DNA of 33,176 nucleotides from a virus (IMGVR_UViG_3300033067_000837:1-33176); one strand, 5' to 3'; shown: positions 1 through 8,839, counted from the first letter of the stretch. Numbers and translations are program-made. Notes: generated from the letters alone by a model not told the origin.

Positions 1-246
1 GTTACAAAAATACCGCGCCGGCAGACAGCAAACGAGGAACTTGATAAGCTATTTGACGATATAATAAGGGAGTATTTGGGCCTTGATGATGTTGCAGCGC
101 TTGAAGCGGCAATTGAACGTTTGCCGATCAATTTTGACGTTGATTTGGAAACGCTAACACGGATTGAAGAAATAAAATACTTAATCGCAGCCTATGAGCA
201 ATATCTTGACGATGAAAAGGCCGCAGAAATACTTTTGATAGGGTGA
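1..246 (+). CDS. 3' end of an acidic phage hypothetical protein (partial)
   Basis: Frame 1 is open from base 1 to TGA 244-246 (...YEQYLDDEKAAEILLIG*). The stop abuts the next gene. Confidence 0.7.
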   Translation, partial: VTKIPRRQTANEELDKLFDDIIREYLGLDDVAALEAAIERLPINFDVDLETLTRIEEIKYLIAAYEQYLDDEKAAEILLIG

Positions 247-248
247 CA

Positions 249-665
249 ATGCCAACTTATACCTATGAATGCGGAACTTGCCGCAAATTATTTACCAAGT
301 TTTCGACCATGCGTGAGCACCGTAATACATCAGAATGCGAATGCGGAAGTATAGCCGGACAAATTATAGTCGCTCCGCCGATGATGATAATACCGCAAGA
401 TTTCTATTACGAATCACCTATAGATGGCCGGCCAATAACCAATAGGAAGCAGAGGTTAGAGGACATGGCAAGGAGCGGCTGCGTGGAGTATGATCCAGGT
501 GTTAAGCAGGACTACCAGCGTAGGATAGAGCAAGGCGAAAGGGATTTGGAGCGTGCAATTGATGAAACGGTTGATAGAGAACTTGAATTGATGCCATTAA
601 TTAAAAAAGAACGACTGGTCGAAGAAATGAAGGCTGGTTTTGATTTAGAAACAGTACGAGGATAA
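249..665 (+). CDS. FmdB-like zinc-ribbon protein of the head module
   Basis: MPTYTYEC-x2-C...C-x-CGS motif, followed by YESPIDGRPI. Lies upstream of scaffold and capsid genes. ATG 249 preferred over GTG 243. Confidence 0.75.
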   Translation: MPTYTYECGTCRKLFTKFSTMREHRNTSECECGSIAGQIIVAPPMMIIPQDFYYESPIDGRPITNRKQRLEDMARSGCVEYDPGVKQDYQRRIEQGERDLERAIDETVDRELELMPLIKKERLVEEMKAGFDLETVRG

Positions 666-666
666 C

Positions 667-810
667 ATGAGCGCAGACAATAGAATTATTAATTTAGTTG
701 ATGCTAAGCTAAAGCAATTTAAGGAGGAAAGTTGTTTGCTGGCTTTTTATGATATATTTAAACACATTAACAAGCGTAAAAAACAAACACAAAATAGGGC
801 AAAATTATGA
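667..810 (+). CDS. 47-aa AT-rich hypothetical protein (not in ORF track)
   Basis: GAGG RBS before ATG 667; MSADNRIINLVDAKLKQFKEESC...RAKL*; its TGA overlaps the scaffold ATG (ATGA). Confidence 0.5.
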   Translation: MSADNRIINLVDAKLKQFKEESCLLAFYDIFKHINKRKKQTQNRAKL

Positions 811-1718
811 GCGCAGAAGCTGACTTTGATTTAGATGCAGGCGTTGCCGATATAGCCGATAGTATGGGCTTGGGCGGTAATGATGATGAAAACGAACTTG
901 ACCTTGATAATGAGCAAGGACAGGAGCAAGACCAAGAAACCGAGGAAGTGCAAGAGCCAGAAGTAGTCGCGCGAAAAGCACCTGATTCGTGGTCTAAGGA
1001 GCAGCACGAAACGTGGTCTAAGCTTCCTAAAGAGGCGCAAGATTATATCGAACTACGCGAAAAGCAAATGCTTGACGGTATCGAGCAGTATAAACAAGGC
1101 AATCAGTATGCTGACTCCGTAAGCAAGGCTTTTGATCCGTTCCGTGGCATCGTTGAGCAACTGGGATTGCCCGATGAGCAGATTGTTCATAACTTGCTGT
1201 CTCATCATGCCGCATTGACTCAGGGAACGCTTGAACAGCGACAACAAGCGCTTTATCAAGTTGGCGTTGCTACCGGAATCATTCAACCTGACGGCCAACA
1301 AATGCAAGCCCCCCCGGTTAATCCAATCGAGCAAGAGCTAAAACAGCGGCTTGAGCGTATTGAACAAATGGAGCGTAAGCGGGAGCTTGACAAGATTGAG
1401 TCGACTATTCAGGAATTTGCATCTCGTCCTGAAAATGAATACTTTGACGAGCTTGCAAACGATATTGCCAAGTTTATCGACATAGGTGACGACCTCAAAA
1501 CGGCATACGATAAGGCTGTTTGGGCCAACCCTACGACACGCGCAAAGGAGATGGCAAAGCAAACGGCAGCTGCTAATTCTGGAAACATTGACAAAGCGCG
1601 TAAAGCATCATCTGTCAATATCAAGTCATCCCGTACGCAAAACGTAACGCGACCTAATCAACAGTTGGGATCATGGGACGATACCATGAAACAAAGGCTT
1701 GACGAGATTAACAGATAG
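807..1718 (+). CDS. Capsid scaffolding protein
   Basis: Very acidic N-terminus, APDSW...W..LP...Q..I..RE motif, coiled-coil, LKTAYDKAVWANP motif. Directly upstream of the capsid gene. Confidence 0.75.
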   Translation: MSAEADFDLDAGVADIADSMGLGGNDDENELDLDNEQGQEQDQETEEVQEPEVVARKAPDSWSKEQHETWSKLPKEAQDYIELREKQMLDGIEQYKQGNQYADSVSKAFDPFRGIVEQLGLPDEQIVHNLLSHHAALTQGTLEQRQQALYQVGVATGIIQPDGQQMQAPPVNPIEQELKQRLERIEQMERKRELDKIESTIQEFASRPENEYFDELANDIAKFIDIGDDLKTAYDKAVWANPTTRAKEMAKQTAAANSGNIDKARKASSVNIKSSRTQNVTRPNQQLGSWDDTMKQRLDEINR

Positions 1719-1796
1719 GTATACGCTATTATTATCTAATGGTTGATAGATAAGCTGACAGCCGACAGCTATCAATAACAATCAATTCAACACGCT

Positions 1797-1875
1797 TGGC
1801 CCCTGACAGGATCAGCCTGGATGTGTGAGTTATTAAACGTCGAAAGACTTTTTCTTATTCGCATTAAGGGGGCCA
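1797..1875 (+). promoter_or_regulatory. Structured 5' leader of the major capsid gene, pairing over the RBS
   Basis: TGGCCCCT 1797-1804 pairs with GGGGGCCA 1868-1875 and encloses further helices (see findings). Confidence 0.45.
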
Positions 1876-1876
1876 C

Positions 1877-2839
1877 ATGCCATCTGCAAATAGCACGTTC
1901 ACCGATTTGGTGACAACCACCTTCCGTAAACATCGGAAAGAAATCAAAGACAACTTGACCAACCGCAATGCATTGTTGAAGTACACAATGAAGCGCGGAA
2001 ACCATCTGAAAGAAGATGGTGGCACAACTATCGTTACCCCTCTTGACTACGCACAAAATGGCACTTATCAGCGCTATTCCGATTGGGACACATTGAACAT
2101 CTCCGCACAAGAAGTATTGAGCGCAGCAGAGTATCAGTGGCGGCAAATTGCCATTAATATCGTGGCGTCCGGTCGCGAACTTCGCATTAACTCAGGCGGT
2201 AGCAAAATCATCGACCTGTCAAAAGCGAAGATGAAAAACGCCATTCGCACATTCAACAACAACTTTTCATTCGACCTGTATTCAGCCGGCACGCTGGCAA
2301 ACCAGATCAATGGACTGCAAGCACTCGTAGCCGACACTAACACCAACACAGTCGGCGGCATTGATGCATCCGCGTTTGACTTCTGGCAAAACAAAGTTTT
2401 TGACTTGTCCGTTCAAGGTGTAACCATTTCCAGCACCACAATCGAAAACTCTGTCATGTTGCCATTGTGGCTTGACTTGGATCGTGGCCCGGATGATTGT
2501 CCAGACTTGATCATTGCCGACAACCTGTATTACAGCTATTTTGAAGGCTCACAAACCAGCCTGAAACGCTACATGGGCGCCGAGTCAGCCAATGGCGGCT
2601 TTGTTACGTTGAAGTACAAAAACGCTGATGTGCTCTATGACGGCAATTCAGGGATCCCGGCAAATCACATGTATTTCTTGAACACCGAGTATTTAAAGCT
2701 GGTTGTTCACCAAGACGCAGACTTGACAGAAGTGCCGGAACAGCGTCCTGTTAACATGGACGGAAGCGTTATCCCGTTATTGTGGATGGGTAACTTTACG
2801 TGCTCAAACAGAGCACAGCAAGGCGTAGTAATTCCCTAA
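1877..2839 (+). CDS. Major capsid protein
   Basis: 320 aa, after the scaffold; GGTTIVTPLDYA and QINGLQALV..T.TVGGID motifs typical of a podovirus-type capsid family. Confidence 0.85.
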   Translation: MPSANSTFTDLVTTTFRKHRKEIKDNLTNRNALLKYTMKRGNHLKEDGGTTIVTPLDYAQNGTYQRYSDWDTLNISAQEVLSAAEYQWRQIAINIVASGRELRINSGGSKIIDLSKAKMKNAIRTFNNNFSFDLYSAGTLANQINGLQALVADTNTNTVGGIDASAFDFWQNKVFDLSVQGVTISSTTIENSVMLPLWLDLDRGPDDCPDLIIADNLYYSYFEGSQTSLKRYMGAESANGGFVTLKYKNADVLYDGNSGIPANHMYFLNTEYLKLVVHQDADLTEVPEQRPVNMDGSVIPLLWMGNFTCSNRAQQGVVIP

Positions 2840-2885
2840 GTAGAAATATTGCAGGGTTCTAAACTTAAACTATAGGAATACAAAC

Positions 2886-3599
2886 ATGTTTGCAGCAACA
2901 TCACCCATCGCGGGAACACAACCTTTCAATGACTGGTTTGCGCCCGACACAACCAAGCGACACCCGCTTGGATTTACTGTTAACGCCGTCGATCCTTTTT
3001 GGGGTCACGGCAAATTTATGTATATCGAATCCGATGCAGCCATTTTAAAAGGCTCGTTGGTGGCTTGGGACGAGGAGTATAAAGGCGTTTTGCTTCCGTC
3101 CGCTGTAACTCAAGGCTTCCCTTTTGGCGTAGCTATGGCCCCTATGGCCGATGGCACTTATGGCTGGATTCAGCTTGAAGGCCGTGCGGTTTATAAAACC
3201 AACGCTACAGTTGCCGCTGATGGAGTTGTCGCTGTTGCCGCCGCTGGTATTTTGGGCGCGACAGCAACCGGTAAACAGTTGCTTGGTATCCGTAATCGTG
3301 TATCAGCGACAGGAACCAAAACAGTGACGGCCAATACTAAGAATGGCTCATACGTCCTGAAAACAGGCGGATATGATGGCTTTTTCTTGGGCATGGCTTT
3401 GTCTGGCACCGGCGTTCCTGCTTCAACGGTTGTCGCTAAGCTATCCCCTGACGGCATGACTATTTTCATGGGTTCAGCCATTGGCACCGTAGGCGATAAG
3501 CTTGCTACTGCCACCGGCACGATCACCTTGACGGGCACTTACACTGGTTACGGATCAGGCATGATCAATAACCCAACTTGCCATCAGATCGTTACTTAA
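2886..3599 (+). CDS. Capsid decoration/cement-type protein
   Basis: Directly after the capsid gene with AGGA RBS; Gly/Ala/Thr-rich; FMY...I.KGS.V.WD and YGWIQLEG motifs. Confidence 0.6.
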   Translation: MFAATSPIAGTQPFNDWFAPDTTKRHPLGFTVNAVDPFWGHGKFMYIESDAAILKGSLVAWDEEYKGVLLPSAVTQGFPFGVAMAPMADGTYGWIQLEGRAVYKTNATVAADGVVAVAAAGILGATATGKQLLGIRNRVSATGTKTVTANTKNGSYVLKTGGYDGFFLGMALSGTGVPASTVVAKLSPDGMTIFMGSAIGTVGDKLATATGTITLTGTYTGYGSGMINNPTCHQIVT

Positions 3600-3631
3600 G
3601 ATCGCTCAGCGCCCCTCGACCAGGATACAAC

Positions 3632-3796
3632 GGCGTATCCCTGGAACGCACGGACCTGTCAACCCTAGAATGGTTAAACCACGCCCAGGAAGAAGCGATG
3701 GACTCGGCAGGGTATTTAGAGGTTCTGATACAGCGGGAAGAAAAACGGCTTCGGAATCCTTTTTACCGACTTTGGGTATGGATATTTGAATTATGA
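3632..3796 (+). pseudogene. 5'-truncated small phage gene (GVSLERTDLSTLEWLNHAQEEAMDSAGYL; MazG-like helical family)
   Basis: Resembles the common phage motif KYG.TL.R.DL...WL.HA.EE.MD...YL but lacks its N-terminus. The ORF-track start at 3578 lies inside the upstream gene. Confidence 0.55.
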
Positions 3797-4569
3797 GACA
3801 CGACAGAATGCATCTAGTTAGCTTTTCTGGCGGCATGGGTTCTTTTGCCGAAGCGTATTATTGTGTAGAAAAATATGGAGCCGAAAATGTAAAATTACTT
3901 TTTGCAGATACGTCAATGGAAGACGAGGATTTATACCGATTCCTTAATGAGGCCGTCACATTCTTAGGCGTCAAATTAATATCGGTAGCCGATGGGAGAA
4001 CACCATTCCAGGTATTTAAAGACGAGAAATTTATGGGCAATAGCAGGATTGACCCGTGCTCTAAGATTCTTAAACGCCTCCTTCTGACCAAGACAATTAA
4101 AAGTCTATACTCACCAAACGAGGTATCCGTTCATTTAGGAATAGACTATTCCGAATGCCATAGGCTACCTCCGATTCAAGCACGGTACTTGCCATATACC
4201 TATCGTTCAACTTTAGTAGAGGACGGCAGGATAATTCCAAAATCATTTAGCGAGCGGTACGGAATACAAAGACCAAGGCTATACCATTGGGGGCTAGGGC
4301 ATAACAACTGCGGAGGTTTCTGCATTAAAGCAGGACTCGGACACTATAAAAAATTATGGGAAGCGAACCCGGAGCGGTATCTGAAATTTGAACAGGAAGA
4401 GGCTGACTGCTATGAGTCTATGGGTAGTACGCACCCGTTCCTGACCCGGACGGTTAACGGGGTAAAACAGCGAATAACGTTAAGGCACTATCGCATTCAC
4501 AGTCTTGAAACTGATACCACAACGGCCAGCGAGAGAGATGAGTTCGGCGGCTGCGGTTGTGCGCTATGA
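3793..4569 (+). CDS. PAPS-reductase-like / adenine nucleotide alpha-hydrolase (PP-loop) protein
   Basis: SFSGG PP-loop, FADT..EDEDLYRFL, CSKILK, HNNCGGFCIKAG and C-terminal GGCGC. Confidence 0.8.
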   Translation: MRHDRMHLVSFSGGMGSFAEAYYCVEKYGAENVKLLFADTSMEDEDLYRFLNEAVTFLGVKLISVADGRTPFQVFKDEKFMGNSRIDPCSKILKRLLLTKTIKSLYSPNEVSVHLGIDYSECHRLPPIQARYLPYTYRSTLVEDGRIIPKSFSERYGIQRPRLYHWGLGHNNCGGFCIKAGLGHYKKLWEANPERYLKFEQEEADCYESMGSTHPFLTRTVNGVKQRITLRHYRIHSLETDTTTASERDEFGGCGCAL

Positions 4570-4587
4570 ATGCGACACGGAGACAAA

Positions 4588-4680
4588 ATGACTGAAATAA
4601 TCTGCTGGGCCAATACCGAGACCGCGTCCGAAGCCGATCTAAAATCGCAGGGAACCTACAAATACGCTCAGCACCCCTCG
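4588..4680 (+). pseudogene. N-terminal 31 codons of a phage family-A DNA polymerase (exonuclease ExoI region), truncated
   Basis: GGAG RBS then MTEIICWANTETASEADLKSQGTYKYAQHPS, matching the D.ET.S..DL...G...YA.HPST start of phage PolA (D replaced by N). The frame runs into the terminator and stops at 4741-4743. Confidence 0.7.
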
Positions 4681-4704
4681 CCCCGGTTCGCCGGGGTGTT
4701 TTTT
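4681..4704 (+). terminator. Rho-independent terminator of the capsid transcript
   Basis: CCCCGG-TTCG-CCGGGG followed by TGTTTTTT. Confidence 0.85.
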
Positions 4705-4726
4705 AATCCTAACCATCATAATAATT

Positions 4727-5368
4727 ATGTCAAATATTGCTGAATTGATACAGGAAGAAATCAAGCCGTTTGTACAATTTAAACGCATTGCAGTAGAAGA
4801 TAAGGCCGAATCCTTACGCGCCGGACATTATGTCGCCAAAGACGTTGATTACGCTTTTATCACGCCTCCTTACTCTAAGGACGTAATGAAGTACAAGGTA
4901 ACAGCTTGGTTCGCCCAACTGGATGCGGAGCTTAAAATTAAGCGAGTCAATCAACAGTGGGTAGACGACTACCACAAAGCTTATGAATTCTGGTTAAAAG
5001 GGCAGGAATTGCCGCTTGATGGGATCCCTATAAAAGGCTGGGGTGTAATTGGCCCGGCACAACAGGAAACCTTAACAAAACTTCATATTTTGACCGTCGA
5101 GCAGCTTGCAGCGGCCAATGACGAGGGCGTAAGACGCATTGGCATGGGGGGCATGGAGCTAAAGAATAAGGCCCAAGCATGGCTTAAGTCATTGAAGAAG
5201 TCAGGCGCGTTATCTATCGAAATGGCCGCTTTACAGCGCGAAAATGAGTCGCTTAAGGCCAGCCTTGAATTGATGCAAAATAAAATTGATTCAATGACTA
5301 AAAACGTTAATGTTGTACACCTAAACAGTCAGGAGATAGGCTTCGATGACATTATTGGAACTGATTAA
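4727..5368 (+). CDS. Conserved-type phage hypothetical protein with C-terminal coiled coil
   Basis: 213 aa; HhH-like LTVEQLAAA...IGMG segment and heptad-rich tail. Lies between head and tail genes. Confidence 0.65.
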   Translation: MSNIAELIQEEIKPFVQFKRIAVEDKAESLRAGHYVAKDVDYAFITPPYSKDVMKYKVTAWFAQLDAELKIKRVNQQWVDDYHKAYEFWLKGQELPLDGIPIKGWGVIGPAQQETLTKLHILTVEQLAAANDEGVRRIGMGGMELKNKAQAWLKSLKKSGALSIEMAALQRENESLKASLELMQNKIDSMTKNVNVVHLNSQEIGFDDIIGTD

Positions 5369-6053
5369 TAGCCAGTCCATACGATCAGGTTTAGGCCGCG
5401 TTCCAACGGCTACGGGATCGACGGATAATCGCGCCCTACAACTTATAGCATTGCTTGAGGAAGAGGGCAATGACCTTGCCGCTCGCCATACATGGCAAGG
5501 GTTGACACAAGAAGCCATTATCACAACCAAGGCCCAAGAAAGCCAAGGCAAATTAAGTACATTAGCCCCAGGATTCAGCTTCATTAAGAATCAAACATTT
5601 TGGGACAGAACCGAACAATTGCCAATCATTGGACCATTGTCTGACCTTGACTGGCAATCACTCAAAGCCAGAACCAACACCGGCCCTCGCTTCCAATACC
5701 GCATCAGAGGCGATGAATTACTATCTAATCCAGTGCCGGCAGTCGGAAGCACTTGGGCGTTTGAATATCAATCGAATAACTGGATACTCGATATTGATGG
5801 CGTTACGCGCAAATCATCGTTTACCAGCGATCAAGACACGTTCTTGCTTCCTGATCATGTGTTATTGCTTGGCCTGCGTTGGCGTTGGCTGGCAGAAAAG
5901 GGATTAAATTACTCAGAAGTGTTTGCGGCTTACGAAATGCAGGTTAAAGACGCCATGAGCAGGGACGGCGGCGGTGCTATTGTTTACAGTGATGGCGGTA
6001 GGCTTGACATGCAACCGGGTATATTTGTGCCAAGTGGCAGTTGGGGTCTATGA
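5346..6053 (+). CDS. Head-tail adaptor (tail tubular protein A-like)
   Basis: MTLLEL start, 235 aa, LGLRWRW..EKG..Y motif; precedes the larger nozzle-type gene. Confidence 0.65.
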   Translation: MTLLELINSQSIRSGLGRVPTATGSTDNRALQLIALLEEEGNDLAARHTWQGLTQEAIITTKAQESQGKLSTLAPGFSFIKNQTFWDRTEQLPIIGPLSDLDWQSLKARTNTGPRFQYRIRGDELLSNPVPAVGSTWAFEYQSNNWILDIDGVTRKSSFTSDQDTFLLPDHVLLLGLRWRWLAEKGLNYSEVFAAYEMQVKDAMSRDGGGAIVYSDGGRLDMQPGIFVPSGSWGL

Positions 6054-7615
6054 GACTGGCTACGCAAACTAAGACGGGGCAGCAAAGGCGACAAATCAGT
6101 GCACTTAAGTCTGTTCCCGCGCCTATAGGCGGATGGAATGCAATAAACCCACTGGCCGATATGCCGGAGAAAGACGCGATTGTTCTTGATAATTGGTTCC
6201 CATCGCCAGGGTATTGTGAGATACGAGGCGGTAGTGTTGAATTTGCGACCGGCATGACCGGAGCCGGTAAAAGCCTGATGGTTCATAATGGCCTATCAGG
6301 TACAAATAAACTATTCTGCGCTACCGCATCAGGCGTTTATAACGTGACTAATGGCGGCGCCGTAGGCGCGTCAGTTGCAACTAGAACTAATGGCAAGCAT
6401 CAATCCTTGATGTTTGGCGACGGCACAAATCAATGGTTAATCGCAGTAAACGGCGTTGATAAGCCGCTTTATTATGATGGAACAACTTGGACAGCAGTCG
6501 ACGGGGCCACAAGCCCAGCGTTAACAGGATTAACGACCACAAGTCTTGTTAATCTGTGCGTGTTCAAGGGCCGGTTAATATTTATTCAGAACAACAGCAT
6601 GGCGTTCTGGTATCTATCAGCAGGTGCTGCCGGCGGAGCCTTAACAAAGTTTGATCTATCAGGCGTGGCGCAAAAGGGCGGCTATATCATGGCGGCCGGA
6701 TCATGGACGCTTGATTCAGGCCAAGGCCCAGATGACCGCATTGTTTTTGTTACATCCGAAGGAGAACTGATTGTTTACCAGGGCACCGACCCGACCAGTG
6801 CAGGAACCTGGGCTCTCGTTGGTGTCTACACAACTGGCAAGCCATTAGGCCGCAAATGCATACTTAAGCAGGGCGCTGACCTTGTTGTATTGACTCAGAA
6901 CGGCGCTTTTCAGATTAATAGAGTTGTACAGGCGACCGGAGCGAACTTCACCGACGCACTCAGCCGCAAGATTGAAACCGTGTTTAATCAGTCAGGCCGC
7001 GATTATGGCTCTAATTATGGCTGGAAAGCGATCGTATTACCAAATAAATCAGCCGCAATTGTTAATGTCCCTGTAGCCGAAGGAGGCACCCATTATCAGT
7101 ACGTTATGAACACGATAACCAGGTCATGGTGCCGATTCACCGGATGGGACGGTGAAGACTTCGAAGTATTCAATAGTGAGCTTTATTACTGCCAAGGCAC
7201 ATCGGTAATAAAAGCATGGACAGGGCAAAGCGATCAAGGCGCTAATATTGTAGCCATTGCTAAGACAGCATTTAGCTATTTCGGCAACAAATTTTCGCTT
7301 AAAAAGTTCAACCTGTTCAGACCAATGCTATCGGCCAATGGCTCATTAACCTATCTGATCGACGTTGACGTTGATTTTGAGGATAAAGCAATAAACGGCG
7401 TAGCATCGTCTAAATCATTTTCTGATCTATGGGGAACGGCCAATTGGGGCACGGCAAAGTGGGGATCATCAAAAGGCGTAATTATACGCGATTGGTTTAG
7501 CATAGCTTCATTTCCTGGATTTTGCGTATCTGGCAAGATACGAATAGATGTTAAAGCCGTCGAGGTTAAATGGTATTCATGCGACTACGTGTATGAAAAT
7601 GGCGGCATCTTATAA
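6050..7615 (+). CDS. Tail nozzle / packaged-DNA stabilisation protein (P22 gp10 / tubular B-like)
   Basis: PAPIGGWN...LDNWFP start, beta-rich repeats (NGVDKPLYYDG.TW), ending WGTANWGTAKW. ATGA overlap with upstream stop. Confidence 0.7.
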   Translation: MRLATQTKTGQQRRQISALKSVPAPIGGWNAINPLADMPEKDAIVLDNWFPSPGYCEIRGGSVEFATGMTGAGKSLMVHNGLSGTNKLFCATASGVYNVTNGGAVGASVATRTNGKHQSLMFGDGTNQWLIAVNGVDKPLYYDGTTWTAVDGATSPALTGLTTTSLVNLCVFKGRLIFIQNNSMAFWYLSAGAAGGALTKFDLSGVAQKGGYIMAAGSWTLDSGQGPDDRIVFVTSEGELIVYQGTDPTSAGTWALVGVYTTGKPLGRKCILKQGADLVVLTQNGAFQINRVVQATGANFTDALSRKIETVFNQSGRDYGSNYGWKAIVLPNKSAAIVNVPVAEGGTHYQYVMNTITRSWCRFTGWDGEDFEVFNSELYYCQGTSVIKAWTGQSDQGANIVAIAKTAFSYFGNKFSLKKFNLFRPMLSANGSLTYLIDVDVDFEDKAINGVASSKSFSDLWGTANWGTAKWGSSKGVIIRDWFSIASFPGFCVSGKIRIDVKAVEVKWYSCDYVYENGGIL

Positions 7616-8000
7616 GATTATCGATAATCAGCCAGAACGCTGTGCTGATTTTATGGAATCAGGAACCGAGACAAAGCTCGCTGGTAATGCGGTGTATATT
7701 GGCCTAGAGCATAATGGGGAATTGATCGCTTGTACTGGTTACGATAGATATATGCCAGGCCGGTCAATTAGTATGCATATATTTAAGCCTAGCAAAGCAC
7801 GATTGATACGTGAGTATTTGTGGTTCATTTTTTATTACCCGTTTATGCAATTAAAGCTTAATTGCGTATTAGGTTTTGTTGAAAATGGATCAAAGGCCGA
7901 GCTCGTAGCGGTTCATGCTGGCTTTACCCGTAAATGCCGAATAGAGGAAAATGGGATGAATTTAATGATTTTGAACAAGCATAGTTGCAGGTACTTATAA
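7593..8000 (+). CDS. GNAT-fold virion assembly protein (P22 gp14-like position)
   Basis: IGLEHNGELIA, FYYPFMQL, AGFTRKC pattern; sits between nozzle and ejection genes. Confidence 0.6.
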   Translation: MKMAASYKIIDNQPERCADFMESGTETKLAGNAVYIGLEHNGELIACTGYDRYMPGRSISMHIFKPSKARLIREYLWFIFYYPFMQLKLNCVLGFVENGSKAELVAVHAGFTRKCRIEENGMNLMILNKHSCRYL

Positions 8001-8839
8001 TGGGTGGATCATCAGCACCAGCACCACCGGATTACGTAGGCGCAGCGCAGGCACAAGGGCAGGCTAACCTTGAGGCGACTATTGCAAGCGGCAAGATTAA
8101 TAACCCAAACGTTACCAATCCGTACGGAACGCAAACCGTAACCTGGAAAGGCGGACAGCCGTCTGTCATTCAGCAGCTTTCACCCGACCAGCAAGCGTTA
8201 TTCGATAAAAGTAATCAAGCTAAATCGACTATAGCCGATACCGGTGTATTAGCTTCGAAAAACGTACAGCAAAGCTTGTCGAAACCCTTATCGTTTGACG
8301 GGTTACCCGCAGCGCCTAAAAATTCAGGCCAATATCGCGATGATGTAATTAAAGCGATGATGAGTCGCGTTGATACTGATACCGCTGGGCAGCGCAGTAC
8401 CAAAAATTCAGAGCTAATCGCCGCAGGCATACGACCCGGCACAGCAGCTTACGATAGTGCTATGGGGCTGATTGATCGGCAGTATAACGATGCACGTCAA
8501 AACGCCATTAAAGCCGGCGGTGATGCGGCCGCGCAAGATTACGGCATGGATTTGCAATCCCGCAATCAAGCCATATTTGAAGCATTACAACAACGCAGTG
8601 TACCGCTTAACGAAATCAATGCGCTCTTATCTGGCTCACAAGTTTCAAGCCCATTTGCTGGCAATCTCGGCTATCAGCCAGGGGCCAATGCCCAGGCCGC
8701 GCCTATATTCGGGGCGACACAAGCGCAAGGGCAATCGCAGCAGAACCAATACAACCAACAGCAAGCCATGTACAACAATAACGTGGCCGCTGGCGCTGGA
8801 TTGATTGGTTCATTGGGCAGCGCAGCGATGTATAAATAG
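8000..8839 (+). CDS. Small DNA ejection / pilot protein
   Basis: MGGSSAPAPPDY start, NPNVTNPYG, Gln/Ala-rich, C-terminal GxxxG hydrophobic helix. Confidence 0.65.
   Translation: MGGSSAPAPPDYVGAAQAQGQANLEATIASGKINNPNVTNPYGTQTVTWKGGQPSVIQQLSPDQQALFDKSNQAKSTIADTGVLASKNVQQSLSKPLSFDGLPAAPKNSGQYRDDVIKAMMSRVDTDTAGQRSTKNSELIAAGIRPGTAAYDSAMGLIDRQYNDARQNAIKAGGDAAAQDYGMDLQSRNQAIFEALQQRSVPLNEINALLSGSQVSSPFAGNLGYQPGANAQAAPIFGATQAQGQSQQNQYNQQQAMYNNNVAAGAGLIGSLGSAAMYK

Larger units (their letters stand above)
3603..4680. mobile_element. ~1.06-kb foreign, circularly permuted insertion bounded by a 16-bp direct repeat
   Basis: CGCTCAGCGCCCCTCG (3603-3618) vs CGCTCAGCACCCCTCG (4665-4680), 15/16 identical. 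Truncated genes at both ends; no recombinase inside. Confidence 0.7.

Noticed and set aside
3578-3631. ORF-track start of a 72-aa protein at 3578
   Set aside because: TTG start inside the upstream gene; the N-terminal residues read across the insertion junction and are probably fortuitous.
4681-4700. tRNA T-arm (GGTTCG) / attachment site
   Set aside because: It is a UUCG-capped terminator hairpin with a U-tract; no cloverleaf.
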